Of a stretch of DNA of 64,000 nt, positions 1 through 8,756 are shown one piece after another (the stretch's first letter is position 1; each line of letters opens with the position of its first letter). The position numbers and the translations under genes were made by a program. A model generated the notes under the pieces. The model saw nothing but the letters and a program-made list of their open reading frames with translations, did not search any database and was not told the DNA's origin. This DNA comes from a virus, in IMG/VR virus record IMGVR_UViG_3300016674_000106; one strand, given 5' to 3'.

Positions 1-535
1 CATAATCTTGGTTTTGAAAATGAGTCGACTGTAATTCGCCATGGTCTGGCATCTGAACCATTGCATTCATATAAAACGACGGTAATTCAAAGTGTCCAAA
101 GATGTATTTGCTTTTGATCTTCTGAATGTTTTTCCACTCGTCCCCGACAAGCCAGGGAACTAAAGTCACATCACCGACAGTGGTTACTTTGTCAACAATT
201 GTTACTCCTGGGATGTGTCGACCAAACGCAGTGCTATGAATGTCCCGTTTGTCTTTGTAAAACAAATCGTGATTTCCAGGGAACCAGAAGAATTGATCAA
301 ATGCTGCTCCGATCTTTTCTAGAGAACGAATGCTAGCATCCAGTGTTACTAGGTTCATGGTATTTCGATTGTGATGCCAGTCGCCTAAAAAAATACAGGT
401 ATCGCATCCTGCTGCTTTGGCTTCGCGAATAAACCAGTCTACAAAATCTTCGCAGTCTTGAAGGTGAACTAAGCTATTTCCTTTAAGCCCAAAATGGATA
501 TCTGTAAATGCAGCAACTTTTTTGAATAATTGCAT
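1..535 (-). CDS. gp47-like (Mre11/SbcD) recombination nuclease subunit, runs off the left edge
   Basis: Hand translation from ATG at 535: MQLFKKVAAFTDIHFGLKGNS...FLGDWHHNR...FPGNHD...FGHFE; metallophosphoesterase motifs DxH, GD, GNHD; sits next to gp55 as in T4. Not in the ORF track because there is no stop inside the window. Confidence 0.85.
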   Translation of the reverse strand, partial: MQLFKKVAAFTDIHFGLKGNSLVHLQDCEDFVDWFIREAKAAGCDTCIFLGDWHHNRNTMNLVTLDASIRSLEKIGAAFDQFFWFPGNHDLFYKDKRDIHSTAFGRHIPGVTIVDKVTTVGDVTLVPWLVGDEWKNIQKIKSKYIFGHFELPSFYMNAMVQMPDHGELQSTHFQNQDY

Positions 536-581
536 AAAAATAATCTCCTATAGCTAATATAGCATATAGGAGATTAGAAAA

Positions 582-1487
582 TCAAGTAATTTCTTCGTCT
601 TCTTCGAGCATTTCTGGCTCTTCGTTGCTCTTAGGCATTCGAAGAGTTTTGTATAGCTCGGCTTGCTTTGCAATTTCTTCGGCAAACTCTTGTTGGTTTT
701 GACGAGTAGAGCTCGGAGTTAACCCAGCTTCTTCGAGGAGATCGTCGCGAATATTTTGATTCTTTCGTTCGATGTTTAAAACTCTAGTAAACGAATTAGT
801 TACGGCTGCGGTGTAATATGCAAACGGGTTTTCACTCTTGCTTTCGTCGAATTGAAGACCAATTTGACTAAGTTGTAAAATTGCTTGGCCTTTCATTTCT
901 TCGATGTATGTGTAGCCTCTCCAGTTTGATCGCTGTGCATATCTTTCGGATAGTTTTATAAACATGCGACCGAGGTTCTCTGTAATTCTACCATGATCCT
1001 TGGAGAAATAACCAGTGTCTAAATCGCCTTTCCAGTGACTCTTTCCGACACATATTAACTCGTTAGATTCATTAAATTTGAAATGTTGAAACGGTGGAAA
1101 ATTTACTTTTTCGTGAGCATCGGCTACTGACTTTGTGGTCTTTTTTCTACCCGGTGCAACCGGAATATGATCGTATGTCATTACTCGAATCACAATGTCA
1201 GTTGTTAAAATAGTTTGAGGATCTGGAGTGCAATCTACTAGTTTGATTTTTTTATCGCCATCTTCTCTGGCTTTAATAAATGCTTCAACTCCGAGCCGCT
1301 TTGCTCGATTGATTTTAGCCTGAAGGATAATTTTATCGGTAATTTCTTTGATATCGGAAACAATAATATCATGTTGTTTGCATGTGTTGTCTAAAAACTT
1401 GCTAAAGCTGCATTTGCTTTTGTGTATCTCTGCTAGCAAATCTTTGTTGTTTAGATATTTTACTTTTCTTCCTGGTATAGTTGTCAT
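582..1487 (-). CDS. T4 gp55-like late-transcription sigma factor
   Basis: N-terminal YLNNKDLL and C-terminal NWRGYTY.EEM...FDESKSENPFAYYT...F.R.L..ERK resemble gp55; adjacent to gp47; longer than T4 gp55. Confidence 0.8.
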   Translation of the reverse strand: MTTIPGRKVKYLNNKDLLAEIHKSKCSFSKFLDNTCKQHDIIVSDIKEITDKIILQAKINRAKRLGVEAFIKAREDGDKKIKLVDCTPDPQTILTTDIVIRVMTYDHIPVAPGRKKTTKSVADAHEKVNFPPFQHFKFNESNELICVGKSHWKGDLDTGYFSKDHGRITENLGRMFIKLSERYAQRSNWRGYTYIEEMKGQAILQLSQIGLQFDESKSENPFAYYTAAVTNSFTRVLNIERKNQNIRDDLLEEAGLTPSSTRQNQQEFAEEIAKQAELYKTLRMPKSNEEPEMLEEDEEIT

Positions 1488-1506
1488 AGACTGTCCTTTT
1501 TAATAT

Positions 1507-1535
1507 ATTATAAACAAGAATTTTTCTAATGTCAA
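1507..1535 (-). promoter_or_regulatory. Consensus sigma70 promoter for the gp55-like gene
   Basis: Minus strand TTGACA (1535-1530), 17 nt, TATAAT (1512-1507); AAAAGGA SD before the ATG at 1487. Confidence 0.75.
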
Positions 1536-1560
1536 CCATTATCTGCATACAAAATATGCA

Positions 1561-1568
1561 GATAAATA
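1561..1568 (+). promoter_or_regulatory. Late promoter-like GATAAATA
   Basis: Variant of the T4 late TATAAATA box, 18 nt upstream of the first structural gene. Confidence 0.6.
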
Positions 1569-1585
1569 TTGTATAAGGATAAGGT

Positions 1586-2794
1586 ATGGCAACACAGGAC
1601 GAATTACTACAAACGATTACTGCATCGAAAGCAAAAATAGCAGAGTTAGAGGACACTGTTCAAAAGCAGATCGAGGACAGATCTGACTTAAATCAGGAAT
1701 ACTCTGCTATAAAAAATAGAATGTACGATGTTAATCAATTACTAAAGACCGCTAGCGTTACGAGTTCTGAGTATTATTCGTTAACGAATGAAATGTATTC
1801 ATTGATTAGCAGAGAATCTTCAGTTGGAACTAAACTTACCTCTGCAAGGGCCGCAACAACTGCTCTTCAAAATACTATTGACGAAGAACAAAAACTACTA
1901 GAACGAGCTGAGCGCTCATTAGCCGGGTTAGCACAAGAGTCCACTGTTAAGACTACTGAATCGACAAATGTGTCGTTGTCGGATGCAGAAACTACAGAAA
2001 AATACGCAACAAGTGGTGTTGTTTCGAACACTACTGATAATGATGGTTCGACTGGCACTGTAGGCGCCGAGCCGGGTACAATGAGCGTTAAGGCGTTCCT
2101 TAATGTGTCGAAGGCTTTTGAGACCAAGTCTTTCCGCAACACTCCTAGTACCGAGTCAAAAAAAATTACCCCAGCATATCCTACAGTGAACGAAAAAGTA
2201 GATCGAAGAGTTAGAATCAAGGTACCGAGTTCTTATCTCGTTGGACAAGCAGCAGGTCCGAACAATGAGTTAACTATAAACGGCGGAATAGTGTTTCCAT
2301 ATACGCCTGACATTAAAATAGAAAATTCTGCAAGTTACAGTGCTGTCAATGTAACCCATTCTAATTACACTCAATATTTTTATAAGAATAGCTCCGTTGG
2401 CGAGATTGTAATTACTGGAAAGTTTACAGTGCAAAACGAGACCGAAGCAGGGATATTTTTAGCAACTGTCCATTTGTTAAGAGCATTGACTAAAATGAAA
2501 TTTAGTGACGATCAGAACGCCGGCGCCCCGCCGCCTGTTTGCAGACTTTTTGCATACGGAAATTACGTATACGATAATACACCGGTGGCAGTTAAACAAG
2601 TATCAATCCAGTTACCGCAAGATGTAGATTATATAGATGCAGGCAAGGTTGCGAAGTTCTATGGAAACTCAATGGCCCCGACGGTATCAACAATTACAGT
2701 AGCTTTAATACCGATATATAGTAGAAAAGAAATGCTCGAAGCATCGGTTACCGGTTGGCTAACAAAAGATCAAAGATCAAAAGGCTTTATTTAA
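1586..2794 (+). CDS. Baseplate tail-tube initiator/cap (gp48/gp54-like) with N-terminal coiled coil
   Basis: C-terminal half G.VFPYTP.I...THSNY...I.ITG.FTVQN...PPPVCRL.AYG...P.AV..VSI.LP.DVDYI is typical of tube-fold baseplate proteins; first gene of the baseplate cluster. Confidence 0.6.
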   Translation: MATQDELLQTITASKAKIAELEDTVQKQIEDRSDLNQEYSAIKNRMYDVNQLLKTASVTSSEYYSLTNEMYSLISRESSVGTKLTSARAATTALQNTIDEEQKLLERAERSLAGLAQESTVKTTESTNVSLSDAETTEKYATSGVVSNTTDNDGSTGTVGAEPGTMSVKAFLNVSKAFETKSFRNTPSTESKKITPAYPTVNEKVDRRVRIKVPSSYLVGQAAGPNNELTINGGIVFPYTPDIKIENSASYSAVNVTHSNYTQYFYKNSSVGEIVITGKFTVQNETEAGIFLATVHLLRALTKMKFSDDQNAGAPPPVCRLFAYGNYVYDNTPVAVKQVSIQLPQDVDYIDAGKVAKFYGNSMAPTVSTITVALIPIYSRKEMLEASVTGWLTKDQRSKGFI

Positions 2795-3093
2795 TGACTA
2801 CATACTCGAAGCTAAGTCCGTATTATCATACTCCGTTAAATGGATCGTATCTTGATATCTTATCATTGAGAAATCTTACCGGAGAAACCGATGATGTAAG
2901 ATACGAAATAACAAGCCAATACGAATATAGGCCAGATTTGTTAGCATACGACTTGTATGGCGATTCGAATCTTTGGTGGGTGTTTGCTGTAAGGAACAAG
3001 GATGTCATTAAAGATCCAATTTACGATTTTTATGCAGGACAGGTAATTTATCTTTTAAAGTTGTCTTATCTAAAAACCACATTAGGTATCTAA
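2794..3093 (+). CDS. gp53-like baseplate wedge protein (LysM-like)
   Basis: YEYRPDLLAYDLYGDSNLWWVFA.RN motif; start moved to the ATG at 2794, which overlaps the upstream TAA (TAATG). Confidence 0.75.
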   Translation: MTTYSKLSPYYHTPLNGSYLDILSLRNLTGETDDVRYEITSQYEYRPDLLAYDLYGDSNLWWVFAVRNKDVIKDPIYDFYAGQVIYLLKLSYLKTTLGI

Positions 3094-3095
3094 TA

Positions 3096-6000
3096 ATGGC
3101 CGATATTGAAAGCAAAACGTCAAAAAAATCAGATCAAATAAGTTATAAAATCGTAAAGGCAAATAAAAGAAACACGCTCGATTCCTATCGGTCTTATACC
3201 TACTTGTTTACTCTCGCGTCTCTTAAAAAAGATTCGTTAAAGAATCCTATTAGTTATCGAGAGCAACAAGATTATTTTGTCATTGCAAAGTCTGCCGGAA
3301 AAGGCACTCAGGGTATGAGTGTGTCGAACGTTGTATCAACTAATAAAGATTCGGTCGACTTTGTGACTAGTTTTAACAAGAACAGCCCTGGCAGATTTGA
3401 TTTTTATCTTGACAACGTATCAATAGATACGATTATGGGATTCGACAATCGAACGAGCCTTAGCGTGGCCACGAATATTAAATTCGACATTGTTGAACCG
3501 TATAGCATGTCTGGATTTATTGAGGCATTACAGGCAGCAGCAGTGGCCGCAGGTTACGAAACTTACGCTACTACGCCTTTCCTTCTGAAGGTTGAGTTTA
3601 TAGGGTATCCAGACGATGCCCGACTCCCGGACCCGGTGATTGTTCCGAATGCAACTAGATACTTTGTATTTGCGTTTACAGGGCTTGAAGTAACCGTAAA
3701 TGAATCAGGTGCAAGATACACATGCAGCGGAGTTCCGTTTAATGAGAGAGGATTCGGCGAACCGTCCTTACTAAAGTCAAACGTGCAAATTCACGGAACC
3801 ACAGTGCAAGAGATTTTGAAATCACTTGAAAGCGAAATTAATAATTCGATACAAACCGATAAAGAATCTGAAAAAAAGTCTTCTGAGCAAAAAACAGGAA
3901 GAGATATTTACGAAATTGTAATACCAAAAGTCACAGAAACCGGGTTCGATGTATCTGATATTAATAAAGATATTGCAGATAAAAAACTTCTTGAGGTGTT
4001 GAAAGACAGAGCAGTTTATAAATTTGCAAAACCAAGCGACGATAAAGAAAAAACTGTAAAATACGACCCAACGACACCAGTAGTATCTTTTGCAGAGCGT
4101 GCAAACATTCACGAATGTATTATTGCTATAATTCGAGATAGTGAATACACAAGGGATATTCTCAAAAATTATCCTAAGTGTGTCGACGACTACGGTTATG
4201 TAGATTATTTTATTGTTAATTTAGAAGTAGAAGAACTACCAGAGTTTGATAAAACTAGGAATAAGCCGTTTTACAAATATAGATATATTGTTCTCCCGTA
4301 TAAAATTCATTATACTCGAATCCCTTTGGCACAAAGCGATGCAGTCGATGTGACAAAATTAATTTCAGTGTTAAGTAGAGAATACGAATATCTGTATACC
4401 GGAAAAAATGTCGATATTAAACGGCTAGAATTAAAGTTTAACACTCTCTATTTCCAGGCAATTCCTCACAAACTTGGTAATAAAGAAGATAATCCTTCAC
4501 AGGTAGACGGAATTAAACCAGCAGACACTACTCTTCTAAGAGCAAGTGATCAAACTGGTGCAGGCGATAAAGCAGAAAATCGATCGCAGGTGCGAACAGA
4601 TATTCGCCAATCGCAAATCCATGTCGGTAACTCTTTAAATGCGATTCCTCCGCAGGTAGACCCGTACGCTACTATGGCAAAGAACTTGCATCAGGCAATT
4701 CTCGATAATGTCGATCAGTGCCAAGTTGAGATGGAAATACTCGGAGATCCTTTTTATCTAGTAACAGCCGGCATAGGTAATTATAGACCTCCTAACAACT
4801 CAGATAATACAGTAGGATCGGGCGAAGCACCATATCTAAATAAAGATGTTATTATTTCAATAAAATTTAGAAATCCAGTAGACATAGATCCTGTTACAGG
4901 CGAAGCAATTTTTAACGATGCGTTGTCGATTTATAGTGGCGTGTTTAGAGTGATTACAGTATTGAACGTGTTTAAGGACGGGGTGTTCTCTCAGACATTA
5001 AAAACAATTAGAATACCGGCACAACTGCCGAGAGATCTAGCAACACCTGTTGCGTCAAAGACAGCATTAGTTGATACTGATGTTGATCCTACAAACCTTA
5101 CAACACCTATACCTGCAGAGATTGCAAACCCAACTCGTAAATTAACTAGCGCGTTGTTATCTGACATTCTAACAACTGCTATCCCAACAGCTAGTTTACC
5201 TGGAGAATTATCGAACTTCGTAAGCAACGCAAGCAACGCGTTTTCAAGCGGAATTACATCGGTAACTGGTCAAATTAACAATGTTGTTCAGTCTGCCACT
5301 AGCGCCGCCGGCGCACTCAACGACTTAACAGGAGTTAGCTCAGCAGTTCGGTTGGCACAGTCAGGTTTATCGGCAGTATCAACGAATATTAATTCAGCTG
5401 GCGCAACTATTAATCAAATTACAAACACAGCACAAAAATTAGGTATTTCTGGCACAGATAAGATAGCATCAGAGGTATTAAAAGCGACAGACTTATCTAA
5501 TAAAATAACAACCGCTGTAGAAACTAATTTAACATCGTTAACAGCAAAAGCAGATCAGTTAAGTTCGTCTGCAATGTCGGCGATCGGTAATTTAGAAAAA
5601 AATGCCGCCGGGTTAGTATCAAACGTGCAGTCAAAGATAGATGCATTAAAAGGCGCACAAGATGCAATTTCATCGCAGCTAGGTGTCGAATTATCAAAGA
5701 TTGCGGGTCTAACGGGCGATTTAAAAACAAAACTTACAGATACTATTGCTAAAGCTGCTGAACAAGTTCCAACTAGTGTCGATTTAAATACAGCGATAAA
5801 AGACGGACTTCTTGTGAACAACATTCCGTTAAAGTCATTGGCAAATATACCTTCGACGTTTCCAACACTCACTGCTCCGGATGTTCAGTTACCGGATGTT
5901 TCGTCGACACTAGATAAGATATCTAGTTCCCCTCTTGGCAAACTAGCAACTACGCTAGGAGCAGATACAACAGCCTTAGCAGGAAAAGTAACATCGATGC

Positions 6001-6242
6001 AATCACAGATTAACAGTGTAGTTGGAGATATTACAGAAAAAGTCAACACTGTGCAGTCAGGAGTTGTTTCGGTTGCAAATAAAGTTGCAAGTGTCGAAGC
6101 AACTCTAAATAAAGTAGCAGAAAAATTACCCGGAGATATCAAGATACCGAACGTCTCTGGAACAATAACATCTGTTGTTAACAAATACGGTAGCCTCTCA
6201 ACCGGCAGCCCATTAGATTCGATTATGAAAAAGGCAACATAA
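3096..6242 (+). CDS. Putative baseplate hub protein (gp27-like) with long Ala/Ser/Thr-rich C-terminal extension
   Basis: Lies between gp53- and gp5-like genes; hub-like motifs (F.I.EPYS...F, I.GDP.YL, YSGV.RV..V...F..G.F.Q.L); C-terminal ~380 aa low-complexity and helical. Confidence 0.5.
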   Translation: MADIESKTSKKSDQISYKIVKANKRNTLDSYRSYTYLFTLASLKKDSLKNPISYREQQDYFVIAKSAGKGTQGMSVSNVVSTNKDSVDFVTSFNKNSPGRFDFYLDNVSIDTIMGFDNRTSLSVATNIKFDIVEPYSMSGFIEALQAAAVAAGYETYATTPFLLKVEFIGYPDDARLPDPVIVPNATRYFVFAFTGLEVTVNESGARYTCSGVPFNERGFGEPSLLKSNVQIHGTTVQEILKSLESEINNSIQTDKESEKKSSEQKTGRDIYEIVIPKVTETGFDVSDINKDIADKKLLEVLKDRAVYKFAKPSDDKEKTVKYDPTTPVVSFAERANIHECIIAIIRDSEYTRDILKNYPKCVDDYGYVDYFIVNLEVEELPEFDKTRNKPFYKYRYIVLPYKIHYTRIPLAQSDAVDVTKLISVLSREYEYLYTGKNVDIKRLELKFNTLYFQAIPHKLGNKEDNPSQVDGIKPADTTLLRASDQTGAGDKAENRSQVRTDIRQSQIHVGNSLNAIPPQVDPYATMAKNLHQAILDNVDQCQVEMEILGDPFYLVTAGIGNYRPPNNSDNTVGSGEAPYLNKDVIISIKFRNPVDIDPVTGEAIFNDALSIYSGVFRVITVLNVFKDGVFSQTLKTIRIPAQLPRDLATPVASKTALVDTDVDPTNLTTPIPAEIANPTRKLTSALLSDILTTAIPTASLPGELSNFVSNASNAFSSGITSVTGQINNVVQSATSAAGALNDLTGVSSAVRLAQSGLSAVSTNINSAGATINQITNTAQKLGISGTDKIASEVLKATDLSNKITTAVETNLTSLTAKADQLSSSAMSAIGNLEKNAAGLVSNVQSKIDALKGAQDAISSQLGVELSKIAGLTGDLKTKLTDTIAKAAEQVPTSVDLNTAIKDGLLVNNIPLKSLANIPSTFPTLTAPDVQLPDVSSTLDKISSSPLGKLATTLGADTTALAGKVTSMQSQINSVVGDITEKVNTVQSGVVSVANKVASVEATLNKVAEKLPGDIKIPNVSGTITSVVNKYGSLSTGSPLDSIMKKAT

Positions 6243-6245
6243 CTT

Positions 6246-8267
6246 ATGCCAATTGATGCAAGACTTAGAAGCGTATTACCCGGTCCCGGACCTTACCTTG
6301 CAAGGATTACAAACCTCCTTGATCCAACCTACATGGGTTCAGTTGAAGTTGTGTTAGAAAAAGGGTATCTTCCGGGGAATGATCTGCAGAGTCAGACCTA
6401 TGTAGTTCAGTATCTGACACCATTTTACGGAATTACAAATGTTGCATTTGAAGGGAACAACCCTGCAGATTTTGATGACGTGCAAAAAAGCTACGGCATG
6501 TGGTTTGTTCCACCTGACGTTGGAACTCGAGTCCTGGTAATCTTTATCGACGGAGATGTAAACCAAGGATATTGGATAGGATGTATACCGGATAGATTCC
6601 AGAATCATATGATTCCTGGTATTGCAGCAAGTCAAAACGTTCATTTATCTCCAGAGCAGGAATTAAAATACGGAACAAAGTTGCTTCCGGTTGCAGAGTT
6701 CCATAAGAAAAGCGAAAAGAATCAGTTCTCTCCTAATTCTATTAAAAAACCAGTGCACCCATTTGCAGACAGGCTGTTAGCGCAAGGGTTGCTACTAGAC
6801 ACTGTTCGTGGTGTAACATCTAGCTCTGCGAGAAGAGAAGTGCCGAGTTCGGTCTTTGGTATCTCAACCCCTGGACCAATAGATCCTGTAGGAAAAAAAC
6901 GACAAATTGGATACTCTGATAGTAAATTATCGGTGCCTGTTAGTAGGCTCGGAGGAACGCAATTTGTAATGGACGACGGCGACGAGTCTGGGCAGAATGA
7001 ATTAGTCAGATTACGAACAAGAACAGGGCATCAGATTTTGATGCACAACAGTCACGACTTAATTTATATTGCAAATAGTAAAGGAACAGCATGGATTGAG
7101 CTTACCTCGAACGGAAAAATTGATATATTTGCAGAGGATAGCGTTAGCATACATACGGAAAACGACTTTAACTTCCGTGCGGATCGCGATATAAATCTCG
7201 AAGCAGGGCGAAAGATAAACATAAAATCTAACTCTAGTATGAATGTAAACGTTAGAGAAAATTTATCGTTGATCGTTGAACAAGACGGAAAATTAGCGTT
7301 TGCAGGGGATGCAAATATCTATGCGTCAGGTGATCTAAAGATTCAATCGGCAGGTTCTGCAAACGTATCAAGCGGCGATGCAGTAAGAATAACATCGAGC
7401 AGCAACATGAACCTTGGAGCCGGCGGAACTATTTTAGCGTCGGGTGGAGAAATTCATCTCAACGGACCTGCTGCTGAGGCTGCTACAGCGCCCGAGCAAC
7501 CAGAAACCCTCCCTATGTACTCGCTTCCTAACAGATCAAAGGAAGTCGGCTGGGCAAATGGTAACTTTTATAAAGCAGGAAACATTACTAGCATTATGCA
7601 AAGAGTTCCGACTCACGAACCGTGGGACCACCACGAAAATACTAATGCAGAACGGTTTACACAAGAAAAGACTGATGCCGCAGTTGGAACTACAAAGGCC
7701 GCAAGATCAGGAGAAGTGCCTACTGCGGCAGAACCGTTACCGGAACCAAACGGAAAGCAGCCCGCGAACTGGTCACGCGACGCAGATTTTATAGCCAAGG
7801 TCAAAGAAGTTGCCAATAAAATAGGTGCAGATTACATTGATTTACTAGCGTGCATGGCATTTGAAACTGGAAGAAAGTTCGATCCTTCACTAAGAAACTT
7901 TATCGGCGCAACAGGGTTAATACAATTCGTTCCGGTTGCGGCCAAGCAGATCGGAACAACGACAGACTTTTTAGCAACATTAACACGAACCCAACAAATG
8001 GACTGGGTATTAAAGTATTTCCAAGCAGGCCCGTTGAAAAAAGTGTCAAGTCCGACGCTTGAAGATCTTTATATGTCGATCTTGTGGCCCGCAGCGGTAG
8101 GAAAGCCCGACGACTATGTTCTTTTTAGAGCAGGATCAAAACAATATTCACAAAATAACGGCCTAGATGCTGATAAAAAAGGATACATTAGCAAAAAAGA
8201 CGCCGCAACAAAGGTGAGAGCCCAGATACCATATGTAAAACAGCAATTAGCAAACGCACAAGGATAA
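6246..8267 (+). CDS. gp5/VgrG-like central spike with C-terminal lysozyme-like (SLT-type) domain
   Basis: OB-fold YGMWFVPPDVGTRVLVIF..GD...GYWIGC; beta-helix repeats; C-terminal CMAFETG.KFDPS..N..GATGLIQF with a putative catalytic Glu. Confidence 0.75.
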   Translation: MPIDARLRSVLPGPGPYLARITNLLDPTYMGSVEVVLEKGYLPGNDLQSQTYVVQYLTPFYGITNVAFEGNNPADFDDVQKSYGMWFVPPDVGTRVLVIFIDGDVNQGYWIGCIPDRFQNHMIPGIAASQNVHLSPEQELKYGTKLLPVAEFHKKSEKNQFSPNSIKKPVHPFADRLLAQGLLLDTVRGVTSSSARREVPSSVFGISTPGPIDPVGKKRQIGYSDSKLSVPVSRLGGTQFVMDDGDESGQNELVRLRTRTGHQILMHNSHDLIYIANSKGTAWIELTSNGKIDIFAEDSVSIHTENDFNFRADRDINLEAGRKINIKSNSSMNVNVRENLSLIVEQDGKLAFAGDANIYASGDLKIQSAGSANVSSGDAVRITSSSNMNLGAGGTILASGGEIHLNGPAAEAATAPEQPETLPMYSLPNRSKEVGWANGNFYKAGNITSIMQRVPTHEPWDHHENTNAERFTQEKTDAAVGTTKAARSGEVPTAAEPLPEPNGKQPANWSRDADFIAKVKEVANKIGADYIDLLACMAFETGRKFDPSLRNFIGATGLIQFVPVAAKQIGTTTDFLATLTRTQQMDWVLKYFQAGPLKKVSSPTLEDLYMSILWPAAVGKPDDYVLFRAGSKQYSQNNGLDADKKGYISKKDAATKVRAQIPYVKQQLANAQG

Positions 8268-8272
8268 GTTAA

Positions 8273-8707
8273 ATGGCATATAAAAGCATTGAAATTACAG
8301 GACCTGCTACGGTAGTAAATCAAACCATCAAGCAAAATCAGTTTTATACAGGGTACAGCACTGTAGATCCGGCAGCAACTAGTGTTAGATTGTACGATTA
8401 CTCGTTGATTAAACAAGATATACTAAATCAATTTAACACCAGGCAAGGCGAACGTGTTATGAATCCAAAGTTTGGAACAATAATTTGGGATTTACTCTTT
8501 GAGCCTTTCACTGGCGAGGTAAGAGATGCAATAGTTGAGGATGTTAGACGAATATGTACATCTGATCCTCGAGCTGTGCCTATCAAAATGAACATCGATC
8601 AGCAAGAATATGGTCTTCTGTTAGAGATAACAATTCAGTATGTCGGCACAGATCAAACATCAAACATGGTATTGAATTTTAACAAGTCGATAGGGTTGAC
8701 ATCATAA
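8273..8707 (+). CDS. gp25-like baseplate wedge/sheath initiator
   Basis: LIKQDILN.F.TRQGERVMNPKFGTIIWDLLFEP motif. Confidence 0.85.
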   Translation: MAYKSIEITGPATVVNQTIKQNQFYTGYSTVDPAATSVRLYDYSLIKQDILNQFNTRQGERVMNPKFGTIIWDLLFEPFTGEVRDAIVEDVRRICTSDPRAVPIKMNIDQQEYGLLLEITIQYVGTDQTSNMVLNFNKSIGLTS

Positions 8708-8726
8708 TATACCAATATAATTAGCG

Positions 8727-8734
8727 TATAAATA
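8727..8734 (+). promoter_or_regulatory. T4-type late promoter TATAAATA
   Basis: Exact T4 late consensus in the intergenic gap, 22 nt before the gp6-like ATG. Confidence 0.7.
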
Positions 8735-8756
8735 CGGTATCAGAAGAGATAAAAGA

